From contig NC_090388.1 in the NCBI RefSeq assembly GCF_036365525.1, positions 31,037,518 to 31,101,517 of the forward strand: DNA of 64,000 nucleotides, given 5' to 3'. This DNA is from Heterodontus francisci. Taxonomy: Eukaryota. The translations under genes were made by a program, and so were the position numbers. Each line of letters opens with the position of its first letter. Positions within the stretch are counted from its first letter, which is position 1. The notes under the pieces were generated by a model that saw only the letters and a list, made by a program, of their open reading frames with translations, was not told where the DNA came from and did not search any database. This document shows, one piece after another, positions 1-12,200 of this stretch.

Positions 1-277
1 CGATCCCGACACGTGAGGTCAGCAGAGGATTGTGGGATCTTGGAGGATCTTACCAGACCTCCCAAACTTCCTCCTGTCTGCTGATGGGGTCAGTAGCATT
101 GCCAAAGAATTGAACGCTGTCCAGGGCCAAAAACAAGACATTTACCTCACATTATCTTCAACCATATGCATTCTATTATTATTAGGTATTTCCGTTTTTA
201 ACTATATTTATTATAAGGTTACCAAATTTAGCTACCGCTAAATCAGCACAGAGCAGTTTCAGTTGTCAATTGTTCAG

Positions 278-1395
278 AGTTACAGAATCACAGAATAATA
301 CAGTGCAGAAGAGGCCCATCGAGTCTGCACCGATGCATTAAAGACACCTGACCTGTCTACTTAATCCCATTTGCCAGCACTTGGCTCATAGCCTTGAATG
401 TTATGACGTGCCAAGTGCTCATCCAGGTACTTTTTAAAGGATGTGAGGCAAGTCACGTCTACCACCCTCCCAAGCAGTACATTCTAGACCATCACCACCC
501 TCTGGGTAAAAAAGTTCTTCCTCAAATTCCCCTTAAACCTCCTGCCCCTCACTTTAAACGTGTGTCCCCTCGTAACTGAGCCTTCAACTAAGTGGAACAG
601 CTGCTCCCTATCCACCCTGTTCATGCCCCTCATAATCTTGTACACCTCGATTAGGTCACCCCTCAGTCTTCTCTGCTCCAGCGAAAACAACCCAAGCCTA
701 TCCAACCTCTCTTCATAGCTTAAATGTTCCATCCCAGGCACCATCCTGGTGAATCGCCTCTGCACCCCCTCCAGTGCAATCACATCCTTCCTATAATGTG
801 GCGACAAGAATTGCACAGTACTCCAGCTGTGGCCTTACTAACGTTCTGTACAACTCCAACATGACCTCCCTGCTCTGTGCCTCGATTGATAAAGGCAAGT
901 GTCCCATATGCCTTTTTCACCACCCTATTAACCCGCCCTTCTGCCTTCAGAGATCTATGGACAAACACGCCAAGGTCCCTTTGTTCCTCGGAACTTCCCA
1001 GTATCAGACCATTCATTGAATACTTCCGTGCCATATTACTCCTTCCAAAGTGTATCACCTCACACTTTTCAGGGTTAAATTCCATCTGCCACTTTTCTGC
1101 CCATTTGACCATCCCATCTATATGTTCCTGTAACCCAAGACACTCAACCTCACTGTTAACCACTCGGCCAATCTTTGTGTCATCCGCGAACTTACTGATC
1201 CTACCCCCCACATAGTCATCTATGTCGTTTATATAAATGACAAACAATAGGGGACCCAGCACAGATCCCTGTGGTACGCCACTGGACACTGGCTTCCAGT
1301 CACTAAAACACCCATCTGTCATCACTCTCTGTCTCCTACAGCTAAGCCAATTTTGAATCCACCTTATCAAGTTACCCTGTGTCCCATGTGCATTT
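278..1395 (-). mobile_element. CR1-clade LINE, 3' portion (RT C-terminus and tail)
   Basis: ORFs 780..1370 ([17 protein letters not shown]) and 484..816 (LEGVQRRFTR...LFSLEQRRLRGDLIEVYKI), frameshifted. Confidence 0.93.
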
Positions 1396-1609
1396 GAATC
1401 GAAGCAGAGTTATTCTTTTTGAACATGTACTAAATGCTTACAAATATCATGACACTTCTGACATCACTTTTCTTTCCTAGTTGTTATTGACAATCTACAG
1501 AAATAAATATTGACATTTTCATTTATGTATGCCTTTTATTAATTACGTGTTTGGATTGCTTTAGGGTTGACTGTTGGTGTTGGTATGGAAGGGAAAGTGC
1601 TGTGGATAA

Positions 1610-2380
1610 AACGGAACCAGTGGGATGTACTGTACTTAGATTTCCAGAAGGCATTTAATAAGGTATCACATCAAAGGTTACTCCGGAAAATAAATGCTCA
1701 TGGTGTAGGGGGTAACATATTGGCATGGATAGAAGGTTGGCTAGCTAACAGGAAACAGAGTAGGCATAAATGGGTCATTTCTGATTGGCAAGATGTAACA
1801 CATAGTGTGCCACAGGGTTCTGTGCTGGGACTTCAACATTTTACAATTTATATAAATGACTTGGATGAATGGACCGAAGGTATGGTTGCTAAGTTTCCTG
1901 ATGACACAAAGTTAGGTAGGAAAGTAAGTTGTTAAGAGGACATCAGGAAGTGACAAAGGGATATAGATAGGTTAAGTGAGCGGGCGAAGATCTGATAAAT
2001 GAAGTATAATGTGGGAAAATGTGAAATTGTCCATTTTGGCAGGAAGAATAAAAAAGAAGCATATTATCTAAATAGTGAGAGATTGCAGAGCTTTGAGATG
2101 CAGAGGGGTCTGGGTGTCCTAGTGCATGATTTGCAAAAGGCTAGTATGCAGGTTCAGCAAGTAATTAGGAAAGCTAATAAAATGTTATCATTTATTGCAA
2201 GGGGATTTGAATACAAAAGTAGGGAGGTTATGCTTCAGTTATACAGGGCATTGGTGAAACCACATCTGGAGTACTGTGTAGAGTATTGGTCTCCTGATTT
2301 AAAGAAGGATGTAAATGCGTTGGAAGCAGTTCAGAGGTTTACTAGACTAATATCCGCAATGGACAGGTTGTCTTATGCTA
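1610..2380 (+). mobile_element. CR1-clade LINE fragment
   Basis: [40 protein letters not shown], with stops. Confidence 0.92.
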
Positions 2381-2397
2381 TCTTTACTTGGTCTTAT

Positions 2398-3220
2398 TGT
2401 AACAGGGTTTAATTTTTAAACACATTGTGTTTTGAGCTCCCGTTTGTCTGAATCCTTGTTCACAGTTTCCAATTATAAGTTAAAGAACTGAGCACAAACA
2501 GGCTTTCTTTGGTTTAAAGCAGAAAGATGAAATTCATTAAACCTTAAACTTAAACTCTAATACGATTCACGCTTACGGATATATGCGTGCTCACGCTAGC
2601 ATGCACATGCGATATAAACATGCAAAATAGGGACAGAAAAGAGAAGAAAAGATAAGTAGAACAGTTTGAGGCAATATCTTGTTATTGTTTCTCTAGTTCT
2701 CTGTAGTCCTTGATTGAAGATATAGTCTTGCATTTCGTTGGGGCCCAGTAATCTTAAAACTTGGTTCACGTGGCAAACTTTTCTGTTTGAGTTTCACGTG
2801 TTTTCATGAGATTCAGTTCCGTGGGAAGAGATGAAAGCAGGCAGACAGGAGAGGCTGTAATTCTTGCTTTAGTTCCAGGAGAGGTGTTTACTGCATAAGT
2901 ACACAGCTTTGTCTTAGTTCAAATTTTTCAAATTCAAAAAAGACTCCCAGGTTGCCCTGCAGGTTAGTTATCCGACTAGTTCCTTATATGGACCAGTCTT
3001 TTCATATCCTTGGTGACGGTTCAAATTTCTCTGCCACAGCCAGTTAGCCATGTGACTAAAACTGGTCTGACCACTTCAGTATATTGGAGAAGCAACTGTT
3101 GGATCCTCATTGTCCGTTACCATGGAAACATCTTTCTGGTCAGGGCTTGCAATTTTAAGTTTAAATGTTCATGTGGCAAAATAATGTGTGCTGCAGTCTT
3201 GGCAGGTGGCGTTTTCCTGA
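2398..3220. mobile_element. Possible solo LTR-like repeat
   Basis: Starts TGTAAC where the CR1 breaks off and ends ...CCTGACA; no TSD found. Confidence 0.35.
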
Positions 3221-4009
3221 CAAAATTCAATGCAATATCACTATTGTAAATCATTTTATATCTTGTTCCTAACCATTTATTTCCATATTTAAACATGGCA
3301 GTCATTTCAGTTGTGTATACTGAAAAACATTTGAACTTGTTCAAAGTAATGCAGAACATAAATGGCAGTGAAAGCAATTTAACACATAACTGAACATAAA
3401 ATCTACTCAACATACAATGAAGCAAAGAAATGTGACATAAAAGGAACGGACCATTTGGCCCAACTGATCTATGCCTGTGTTTACGTTCCACATAAGCCGC
3501 CTCACACTCTACTTCATCTAACCCAATCAACGTATTCTATTTCTTTCTCCTTCATATATTTACTCAGCTTCCCTCCAAATGCCTTTATGCTCTTCACCTC
3601 AACTACTCCTTTTGATAGTAAGTTCTATATTATAACCTCTCCAGTTGAAACATGCATGCTTGACCTACTTTAAAAGCATCTGTAGGTCTGTATTGAAAAT
3701 AGGATATCTTATACCGCAAATAGGTCACATCAGATTTTTAAAAAATGCCTACTTACATGCCTGAGTGTGCTTTTTTATAAACGTAAAGAAAAAGGCAGTA
3801 GGGGCACTTCAGGTTGGGGTCTCAATAAATTTCAAATATGAAAAATAACCTCAATAAGGAGAAATTTTTAAAAAGTAGTCCTGACTGGGACAGAGACTGA
3901 TTATGTGATCTCCATGGCAAGGGAAGAGCATGAAAAGGAGATATTTCTCAATATCAAGTGTCAATTGAATTATTTTGGGTCTTTTAATGCTTTATTCAGG
4001 AAGGATAAT

Positions 4010-4171
4010 TTCTCATCCAGGTTTTCAAATCCCTCACCCCTCCCATCTCTGTAACCTCCTCTGGCCCTATAACCCTTCGAGATCTTCATGCTCCTCCAAG
4101 TCTGGCCTCATATACATCTGATTTTCATCACTCCAACAATGGTTGTCAAGCCTTCAGCCGGCGAGGCCCCT
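4010..4171 (+). mobile_element. L2-type LINE 3' fragment
   Basis: L2-like 3' sequence (TTTTCAAATCCCTC...GCCTTCAGC...GGCCCCT) interrupted at 4172. Confidence 0.5.
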
Positions 4172-5451
4172 TGTTACAACTGAGGCAGGAAGGGTGCACT
4201 GTTAATTCAGTCCCACTTCTCCACAGGTCACAACATATCAATAAATTTTCCCACATACCAGAACAACTAATTAGATAATCTATTTGTGCCCAGAATAAAG
4301 CACACTAACCAGGTTTCTTTAATAAACAACAAAATTATCCATTGGTGATAAACCAAGTCTTAACCAATAATGAAGTAAATATATATGCAAATTGAGACAT
4401 TAAAACCCCATATTTTTGATCCCTGCCCTCATGCACATACATCCAAAAACTGGTTAACCAGGAAAAAAAAAGATTTTTTGTTTACAGCTGTTACAAAGGA
4501 ATAGAATGAATAAAAAAAACACTTAAGACTGCAAAGATCTGGAAGGAAGGCCTTTGTTTTGGCGAGGTGTCCCAAAGTCTAATAGTTGGCTGGCAGTTGG
4601 TTTTGGGGGGGGGGGGGGGGGGGGGGTGGGGGTGGTGGGCGGCGGTTGGAGGAGAAAGGGTGGGGTGGCGTCAAATGGAGCAGTAGACTCCGGGAGGCTT
4701 TCCTGACCCACTCCCGCCTCTGCCGTCCTTTCCATAGGGCAGTGGGGCCAAAAATGGCCCGCCTGCCCCAGGCCAAATCAAGGCCCTTAAGTGGCCCGCT
4801 GATTGGCCGGCAGTTCAATGAGGCGGGACTTCCTCCCTCAAGCGGGTGGAAGTTCCGCCTCAGAACAATTAAAAGCCTCGGGACCCGTAAAATACGGAAC
4901 AGATCCCCAGGCAAGGCGGAAGCGGGTTCGCCACCAACTTTTCAGTCGGTGGCCAGCTCCCGTCCACCCAATGTAAAATCCCAGTCACAGTCGATGCAAA
5001 GTCCTTTTTAAAAATGCAAGGTTTCTGCAACCAGAGTTTCGTTAAAATACAGGAGGCAACAGTACAACTTCATACAAGCTTTTGCTTTTCAAGAGCAGGG
5101 ATTCTTCAAAGAGAGGTAACAGTGTCCTGGATGTTCTTCTAGTCTCCAAAAAAGCTGGCTTTTAACAGTTCAAAGTGAAACCAAAACAGTTCCCATGTTC
5201 AGTCCATGATAATCATAAATTCTGTCTTGTCACAACTTAGAAATAGCTCTGAAGTCAAACCCCCTGTGATGTTTACTTGAAATCACCTGTTTTCTAGTAC
5301 TTGTTTACTCGTCAACCCTTTTGTTTACCTTCCTTTAAAAAAAACAAAGTTCAGCAATCTCCAGATGTTTCAATGTCCATGAAATCCTTTTTTAATTTAT
5401 AAAAAATATAGATTCCCAAGTTTTGACACAAAAAATGGAAATTCCATAACA
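4172..5451. mobile_element. Solo LTR with 4-bp TSD, containing a nested GC-rich repeat (about 4530-4985)
   Basis: Ends TGTTAC...ATAACA, flanked by CCCT at 4168-4171 and 5452-5455; similar sequence at about 49746-50510. Confidence 0.6.
4603..4640 (+). repeat. Poly-G tract
   Basis: G run of about 24 nt followed by TGGGGGTGGTGGG. Confidence 0.9.
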
Positions 5452-5560
5452 CCCTAAACAAAAGGGGTATTTCACAATTGGTTAGCTAGTTCAAGAGACA
5501 CAAGTTATTAATATCTTTTAAAATAGACACTTTCAAACATAAAAGGCAAACTGCACAAAT

Positions 5561-5566
5561 TTTATT
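5561..5566 (-). terminator. Candidate TMBIM4 polyadenylation signal AATAAA
   Basis: TTTATT on + strand about 480 nt past the stop, followed on the minus strand by GU/U-rich sequence. Confidence 0.5.
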
Positions 5567-6045
5567 CAAAGGGATGACATATTCAATTGAACATTTTTTT
5601 TTTTTTACAGAATAGGACTCCAAGCCATGAGCATTCAAATAATTACAGGAGTGAGATATTGCATTTAATAAAACAGTATTCACGGAATCCTTGCCAAATC
5701 TAAAATTGCTTTCTCCAAGTTTAGCATCAAGTTTCAATTTAGAGAGACTTAAGAAAAAGTTTTAAAAAATCTAAATTCAAAACAAGCAAAGCTGACGAAA
5801 ATGTTACTGGATTCTGAATCTGGATTGTAAACTATTCTCCCAAAAGTGCCCTCAATTTCCCTCAAGGAAAAACTATACAAATTGACTATAATTACTCAAA
5901 ATTATCTACATCATACAATGCATATAAATATGATCCATTAACAAAGTCAGACAATAAATCAGCAAGTCCATACACAAAGTGCACCCCTTCATTTAAATTT
6001 CAGTTAGAGTTATACTAACATCTTTTTCTGTAATAATCTTGGTCA

Positions 6046-6252
6046 TTACTTTTTGTTAAGTGATTGCAGGATTCGGAGGATATGCAGGAATAGATTAATG
6101 ACATCCAAGTACAAACTAATTGAAGCCAGTACATATTCTTCAGGTGAAAGTTTGTGCATCAGTACGTGTGTGTCATAGATGATAAAGCCGCAGAAGAGGA
6201 GAGCTCCGGCACTTGCAAATACAACCTCTACTGTGTCGCTCGAGAAGAACAC
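6046..6252 (-). CDS. TMBIM4: TMBIM4 exon 7, last coding exon ([10 protein letters not shown]...LQSLNKK*)
   Basis: TTGCTTCAG acceptor; 3' part of ORF 6046..6315; TAA stop. Confidence 0.97.
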   Translation of the reverse strand: MFFSSDTVEVVFASAGALLFCGFIIYDTHVLMHKLSPEEYVLASISLYLDVINLFLHILRILQSLNKK

Positions 6253-9200
6253 CTGAAGCAAATTAAGAGATAAACTCGTTAGGAATCCCCTTATGATTGA
6301 TGCCATTGTGACCAATGTGAAGCATTTTTATCTATGAGATTACTTTCTTTCCTTGTGACTGTACATAGTTAAAAGCAGCCCATCACAACTTTCATGAAAA
6401 AGTTCCAAGATACACAGAAACAGACCCAGCTTGTTTTCAACAGCCCCAGAATATAGACATATGCTCAGGCTTTCTGATTGGGGCATATCTGCCCTCAAGT
6501 TGTGTTCCAGTGCCAGGTGGTCACACAAAATGATCAAAAATTGTTTGGCTCCAATTGCTACAAATCAGCATTAAATGTAGTCTAGCAGGAGTGTTCAGGT
6601 CATCACAGCTTGTTCTCGATCAATATTAAAGATCAATCTCCTTGTACCATTGATTATGGCATATCAAGGAATTTTTCCTTCCCCATGGGACAAGAGAATG
6701 TACTGGGTTATTTCCACCAGAGGGAACCAAAACAGTAAACCTTTGGAGTAACATGGAGTACCTCACTGGTGCAGGATTATAACTTGTCTGTCAGGGCCCC
6801 ACATCTGTGTCAGACACACTAGAATACAGCCTTGCAATACTGAAACTATTCCCAACAGATGCTGGTGGAGAATCCCATGTAAACCTCATATGAAAGCATG
6901 AAAGAATTTATAAAGCGCTTGTGAAATTATTGGCAAAATCTGACCAATTTGTTTATACAAACTAATGTCTCTAACCATACATTTATAATAAAATCCACAT
7001 TAAAAGTCTTATTATTTAGAGCAACTAATTCAGTTACAATTTAAAACAACGAACACTTACTCTTAAAAATCCGGCCAGGATCAAAATCCACAGACACGCA
7101 AAGAGACTAAAGGTAAGACAAAATAAAAATTTGGCATTTAGTTATCGTCCTGTGTACATTACACATTGACATGTATTCTAATCATGAATTCTATGTGGCA
7201 ACTCAGGCTAAGCTTCATTATCAGGGCTGTGGAAACTGTAAGATAAGGCACATAAGTAACTCTCCTATTTATAGTGGCTATTTTGGTAAAACTCCTATAA
7301 AAAGTTAAATAAGTATTAAAAACATTCATTCATCTTGAAGGTGCAATTGTACATTATTGACCAAGGAAGAGTTACTCTCTTTCAGATTAAATACATCAAA
7401 TTATCTCAGTTTGTGGTAAGTTTGGCTTCTGAACTGAATCCAGAATTACTGTCATAAAACCACACACAATGCCATAAGGGATGTTTCCACAATTTGTCAA
7501 TTACAAAGAACACTGAGACTTGTTTTTGTCTGCTAAACAGACTTTTCTTTAGAGTCATGATAGTGGTCACTAATATTCTGGCACTACGTCTAACAACATC
7601 CAATCTCTTCAAGAAACAATTCTTACCAATGCAAGTAGTTATACAACAATATAAATTAGCATGACTACTAAGACTTCCATTAGTTTTTACCTGTAATGTA
7701 CTAATAAACAAAATTACTGTACATATAAGGGCATAAAATTTTGCAATCTTCACTTTCCCTTCCTCTTCTGAAGGCTGTAATTTATGAAATGATCCCATTG
7801 GCACATGAAACCCTTCAATACTTTACCCAAGATGCAATTCTTTGAGTGAATTTTGGCATGCTGTGCCACTGCCAGGATGAATATAATTGTCCTGAACCAA
7901 CATCCACTTTCTCAGTTGTCAGGCCAACTTGCTTTGTTGAATGATCATATTCTTTAATCCAGACTGAAGATCTGAATTTATATATTTAAGAAATTTGAGA
8001 ACAGCTAAATGGATGACTTTGCTGGCAGCTCAGGATGGCCTTCTAATTTGCAACACTGTATCCTATATTGCAAAGCCTGTGAGGAGGGAGACGAAAATGT
8101 CTGCTCATTTCTCAACAAGAACCAAGACTCGGGAAGTTTACGGGAACTACCTGTTCTTTTCAGCAAGAGGAGAAACACTGCTACCATGTTTGAATCACTG
8201 GGTGACTGTCATGTAACAAGCTCCTCACCATCTGTGGTTTTAAGCTTGTGTTTCTCTGCAGCTGAAAGGAGAAGCTTCCGGACTCTGACACATGTAGACC
8301 CTAGTGGGGGTCCCCGCCCTCTCTCCATTTCAGCTTACAAGCTTCAAACTCTGTCTGTTGACCGACTACCTTTGCATACTCCGGCTACAATCAGAAACCC
8401 CGTTGGAGGAAATCATCCACATCACTGTGTCCAAGAGACCCACTGAACCTGTCATCTACCTCCAAACTAAAAGCCTCGGGACCACAGAATTCAGTTAGAA
8501 GCCAGCTGAATACCAACCCCAACCCCCCCCGAATGTATACCCCTTTATTCTACAGACTCTAACTCAACCAACCAATCTACATTTCCCCACTCTAACCTTT
8601 TTTTTGTGTGTAAACCTCTCGTGTGTGAGAGAGAGTGAAAGTTGGCGTGCAGTTTATTATTTTCATTAGTTCAGTTTAGGTAGAGTAAAGTTAACCTCTT
8701 TCTTTGTTAAACTCAAGAAAACCTGTCTGATTACTTACTTGCTATGATCGTAACAGGAACCAAACACCTAATGAATTGGCCAGTACATCCACTTTAAGAA
8801 AGAATGAAACCTGTTGTGGTCAAACAAGGAGAAAGAAAAGAGGGAAGCCCTTCGACCCCTCCTCACTTGACTGTAACAGAGTAAATATACTGTTTCTAAG
8901 CTTTGTGGTGTACTAATAATTAAAAGATAGTTTATTGTTGTAACCTTGATTAGCTGGCACCCAAAAACTTAAGGCTCCCATCATTAGAGTTAACAGTGTG
9001 TACTGAAGTGCCACAATGTGGTACGAGGCAGGTTTGTGCCTACAATTTCCTAAATGGAAATTTCTGATCTCTGCCCAGTCACTGGAGCAGGTGTTAAGAG
9101 CAGGCTAGAGAACAAGTATTTTCAGGCCGCAATGGAGCACTTTCAAATGGTCAAATATTCCCAGTTATTTCTAAAGTAAGTTATCTGCAAATTTCTTCTA

Positions 9201-12200
9201 GAAAAGGAATGTGGAGTACCTGAGGGTCCTAAAATGGAAGGAAATAAAAATGAACTATTATGCAGAACTATTAAAATATATCCAGTCTTTCTCCCCAGTG
9301 CACATACCCTGCTCCATATTTACTGAAATCCCTCTTCGACTGAAACGTGTAGAGAGTCAATGCAATGAATACAGCTGTCGTAAGAACAAATGCTTGCAGA
9401 ACCACTGAATAGTCATAGAAAGTAACTAAAAATGAAAAAGAGATTTAAAACATGGTTATCACAGGGTTTCAAGATAGATACTTCACATATTTATATCTCT
9501 GAAGCAACACTTGATGTACTGTAGTATCCGACAGGATTAGGCACAAGATGATTGATTAATACAAGCAATTCCATACAGGTGAACAAAAGATACAGTGGAG
9601 CTCTCAGATTTCAATTTGCGAAATTAAAACAGTATATTGCTTTCCTGCAAGTCACAGTGGAACATAACCAGATTTTTTTTGAGGCATGTTACCAGCATTC
9701 TCAAACAAATTAACCTAATAAGAGTGTCAACAAAAGCTAATTAATTTTTGCCAAGCAATGTCAGATGCCTAATGGTGAATTTGAATATCAATCCAACCTA
9801 AACAGTTCTTTTGGTCAGCCAGGGATCTGATATACACATAAATCCATCATGATGTTTGACAGTCAGGACCGCAGCGGTTCAAGAAGGCAGCTCACCACCA
9901 CCTTCTCAAGGGCAATTAGGCGTGGGGAATAAATGCTGGCTGAGCCAGCGATGTCCACATCCCATGAATGAATAAAAAAAGTCTCCAATTCAAGGTACTG
10001 GGAAAACTACACTCACCTGCAAGTTTTTGGTTTATCTAAAATAAAGTCCACACTCTCTCCCCAATAAAGACACATTCCATTTCCCTGTACCCACACAGCC
10101 AAGGTGCAAGTTGGCAAAGAGAAGACTTAGAAACTCCCAACTGTGCGCAGAGCTATAGTGGACTTTAACAAGCTAAAACTGCAGTTTACCAAAGCATGTT
10201 GTTACTTGTCCAACTAGGATTACCTTATCCACTGGAGTTATCTGGAGCTATTGCAGGAAAAATCCTAGTTCCACACTGACTGATTCTATTAGATCAATTA
10301 CATCGGAGTATTGTGGGCCTGCTTGGCTCAGACTTTTACCAAGATTGCGGCAGAAGATTAACTTGGTTCCAAACTTTAAATTACCAAGTGTATTATCTTA
10401 CAATCATATTGATACCAAGAATCATCATCAACCACCCCACCATTTGAGGAATTATAAACCATTCAATATAATAGCAATTGAACTCCAAAACTGAGTTACG
10501 ATCATGCAATTTTGGCAATCAAAATCCTTGATTTGCTAGAAAAAAAGCTGATCCTATACAGGATTCAATCTAGAGATTTCACTAGATTTTAACCACATTG
10601 AAAGAAACATTAATGCAGATTGTATCTGCCACAAGATGTCACCACTAACACTTACTAATCCCCTTATTAAACAGCACAATATGCTCATGTAACATACAAA
10701 TGCCCATTTACAGGCAGAAATGAGGGTTGGGCTAGGGCCTAATTTTCATGTGTGTAAAAGTGCTGAGGGAGGTCTGTAGACAGGATCCATAGCAGGTTCG
10801 TGAAACTTGCACTCCATCCAGCTCCAATTTATAACAATTCAGCATCCAAGTTAGGATCTGCTGATACATTACTACATTCTGGTAGCACAAAACATTATAA
10901 CACAGTTCTTTTTAAATTTCAGGAGGTTGTGGGGAAACTTGCTTCTAACATGAGAGGTCAATTTAAAAAAATCTAGTGATAAGAATATAAACATGTTTTT
11001 ATATTATTGTAATACAGAACAACTAATGTAAATAGAATTGGTTTAAACTGTGTGCTTGCAAATTCTATCTTTTCCCTTCAATGACACTGATAACATTGAG
11101 AAGGATGAATGGGGGAGACGTGGTGGTAATATCACTGTACTCGTAATCCAAAGGCCCAGGCTAATGCTCTGGGGACACAGGTTCAAATCCCATTATGGCA
11201 GCTGGTGGAATTTAAATTCAGTTAATAAAAATTTGGAATTGAAAGCTAGTCTCGGTAATGGTGCCATGAAACTATTATCGATTGTCGGTTTAAAAAAAAA
11301 ACCCATCTGGTTCACCAATGTCCTTCAGGGAAGGAAATCTGCCATCCTTACCTAGTCTGGCCTACATGTGACTCCAGACCCACAGCAATGTGGCTGACTC
11401 TTAACTGCCCTCTGAAATGGCCTAGCAAGCCACTCAGTTCAAGGGCAATTAGAGATGCTGGCCTGCCAGCGATGCCCACATCACATGAAAGAACAAAAAG
11501 AAATTTCAGGGCTGAATACATTGTACTGCAAGTTAGGCACATACAGATTATTAAATAAATAAGCTGGTTGGCATGAATGATATAACACAGAGCTAAAAGT
11601 ACTGTTTGTTTCTAAAATACTATGCTGTACTAAATACTAAAAAAATTCCAAGACCTAGCCTTTACTAGATACATGTAGGAAGATGCAAATGCCCGCACAG
11701 AACGGGAGGTTAAACATTTTAAATGCTGCTTTAGTGCCATACTTTTGGGGTGGAGGGACAAAAGTTGGAAACCTTTGCTTCAATACAAGTTGAGCAGTTG
11801 ATCTGATAGCCTGAATCCTAAAAGAAGTGGCTGCAGAGAAAGTAGATGCATTGGTTGTGATCTTCCAAAATTTCCTGGATTCTGGAAAGGTGCCAGCCAA
11901 TTGGAAAACCACAAATGCAATACTGCTATTCAAGAAAGGAGGGTGACAGAAAGTAGGAAACTATAGGCCAGTTAGCTTAACATCTGCTATCGGGAAAATG
12001 CTAAAATCCATTGAGGAGGTAATAGCAGGACATTAAAAAAATTATAATACAATCACGCAGAGTCAATATGGCTTTGTGAAAGGGAAATCATGTTTGGCTA
12101 ATTTATTAGAGTTCTTTGAGGAAGTAACAAGCAAGCTGGATAATGGGGAATCTGTAGATGTGGTGCAATTGGATTTCCAAAAGGCATTCGATAAGGTGCC

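Noticed and set aside
32-241. 69-aa hydrophobic ORF, and a possible minus-strand mini-exon near 146-165 (a neighbouring gene such as LLPH)
   Set aside because: No recognisable similarity to LLPH or any other protein; insufficient support.
4523-5011. Pro-rich and Gly-rich ORFs (4523..4735, 4579..4914, 4586..5011)
   Set aside because: Translations of the poly-G/C tract inside a GC-rich repeat; no splice or homology support.
6253-6315. N-terminal part of ORF 6046..6315
   Set aside because: Lies upstream of the CAG acceptor at 6253-6255, so it is intronic.
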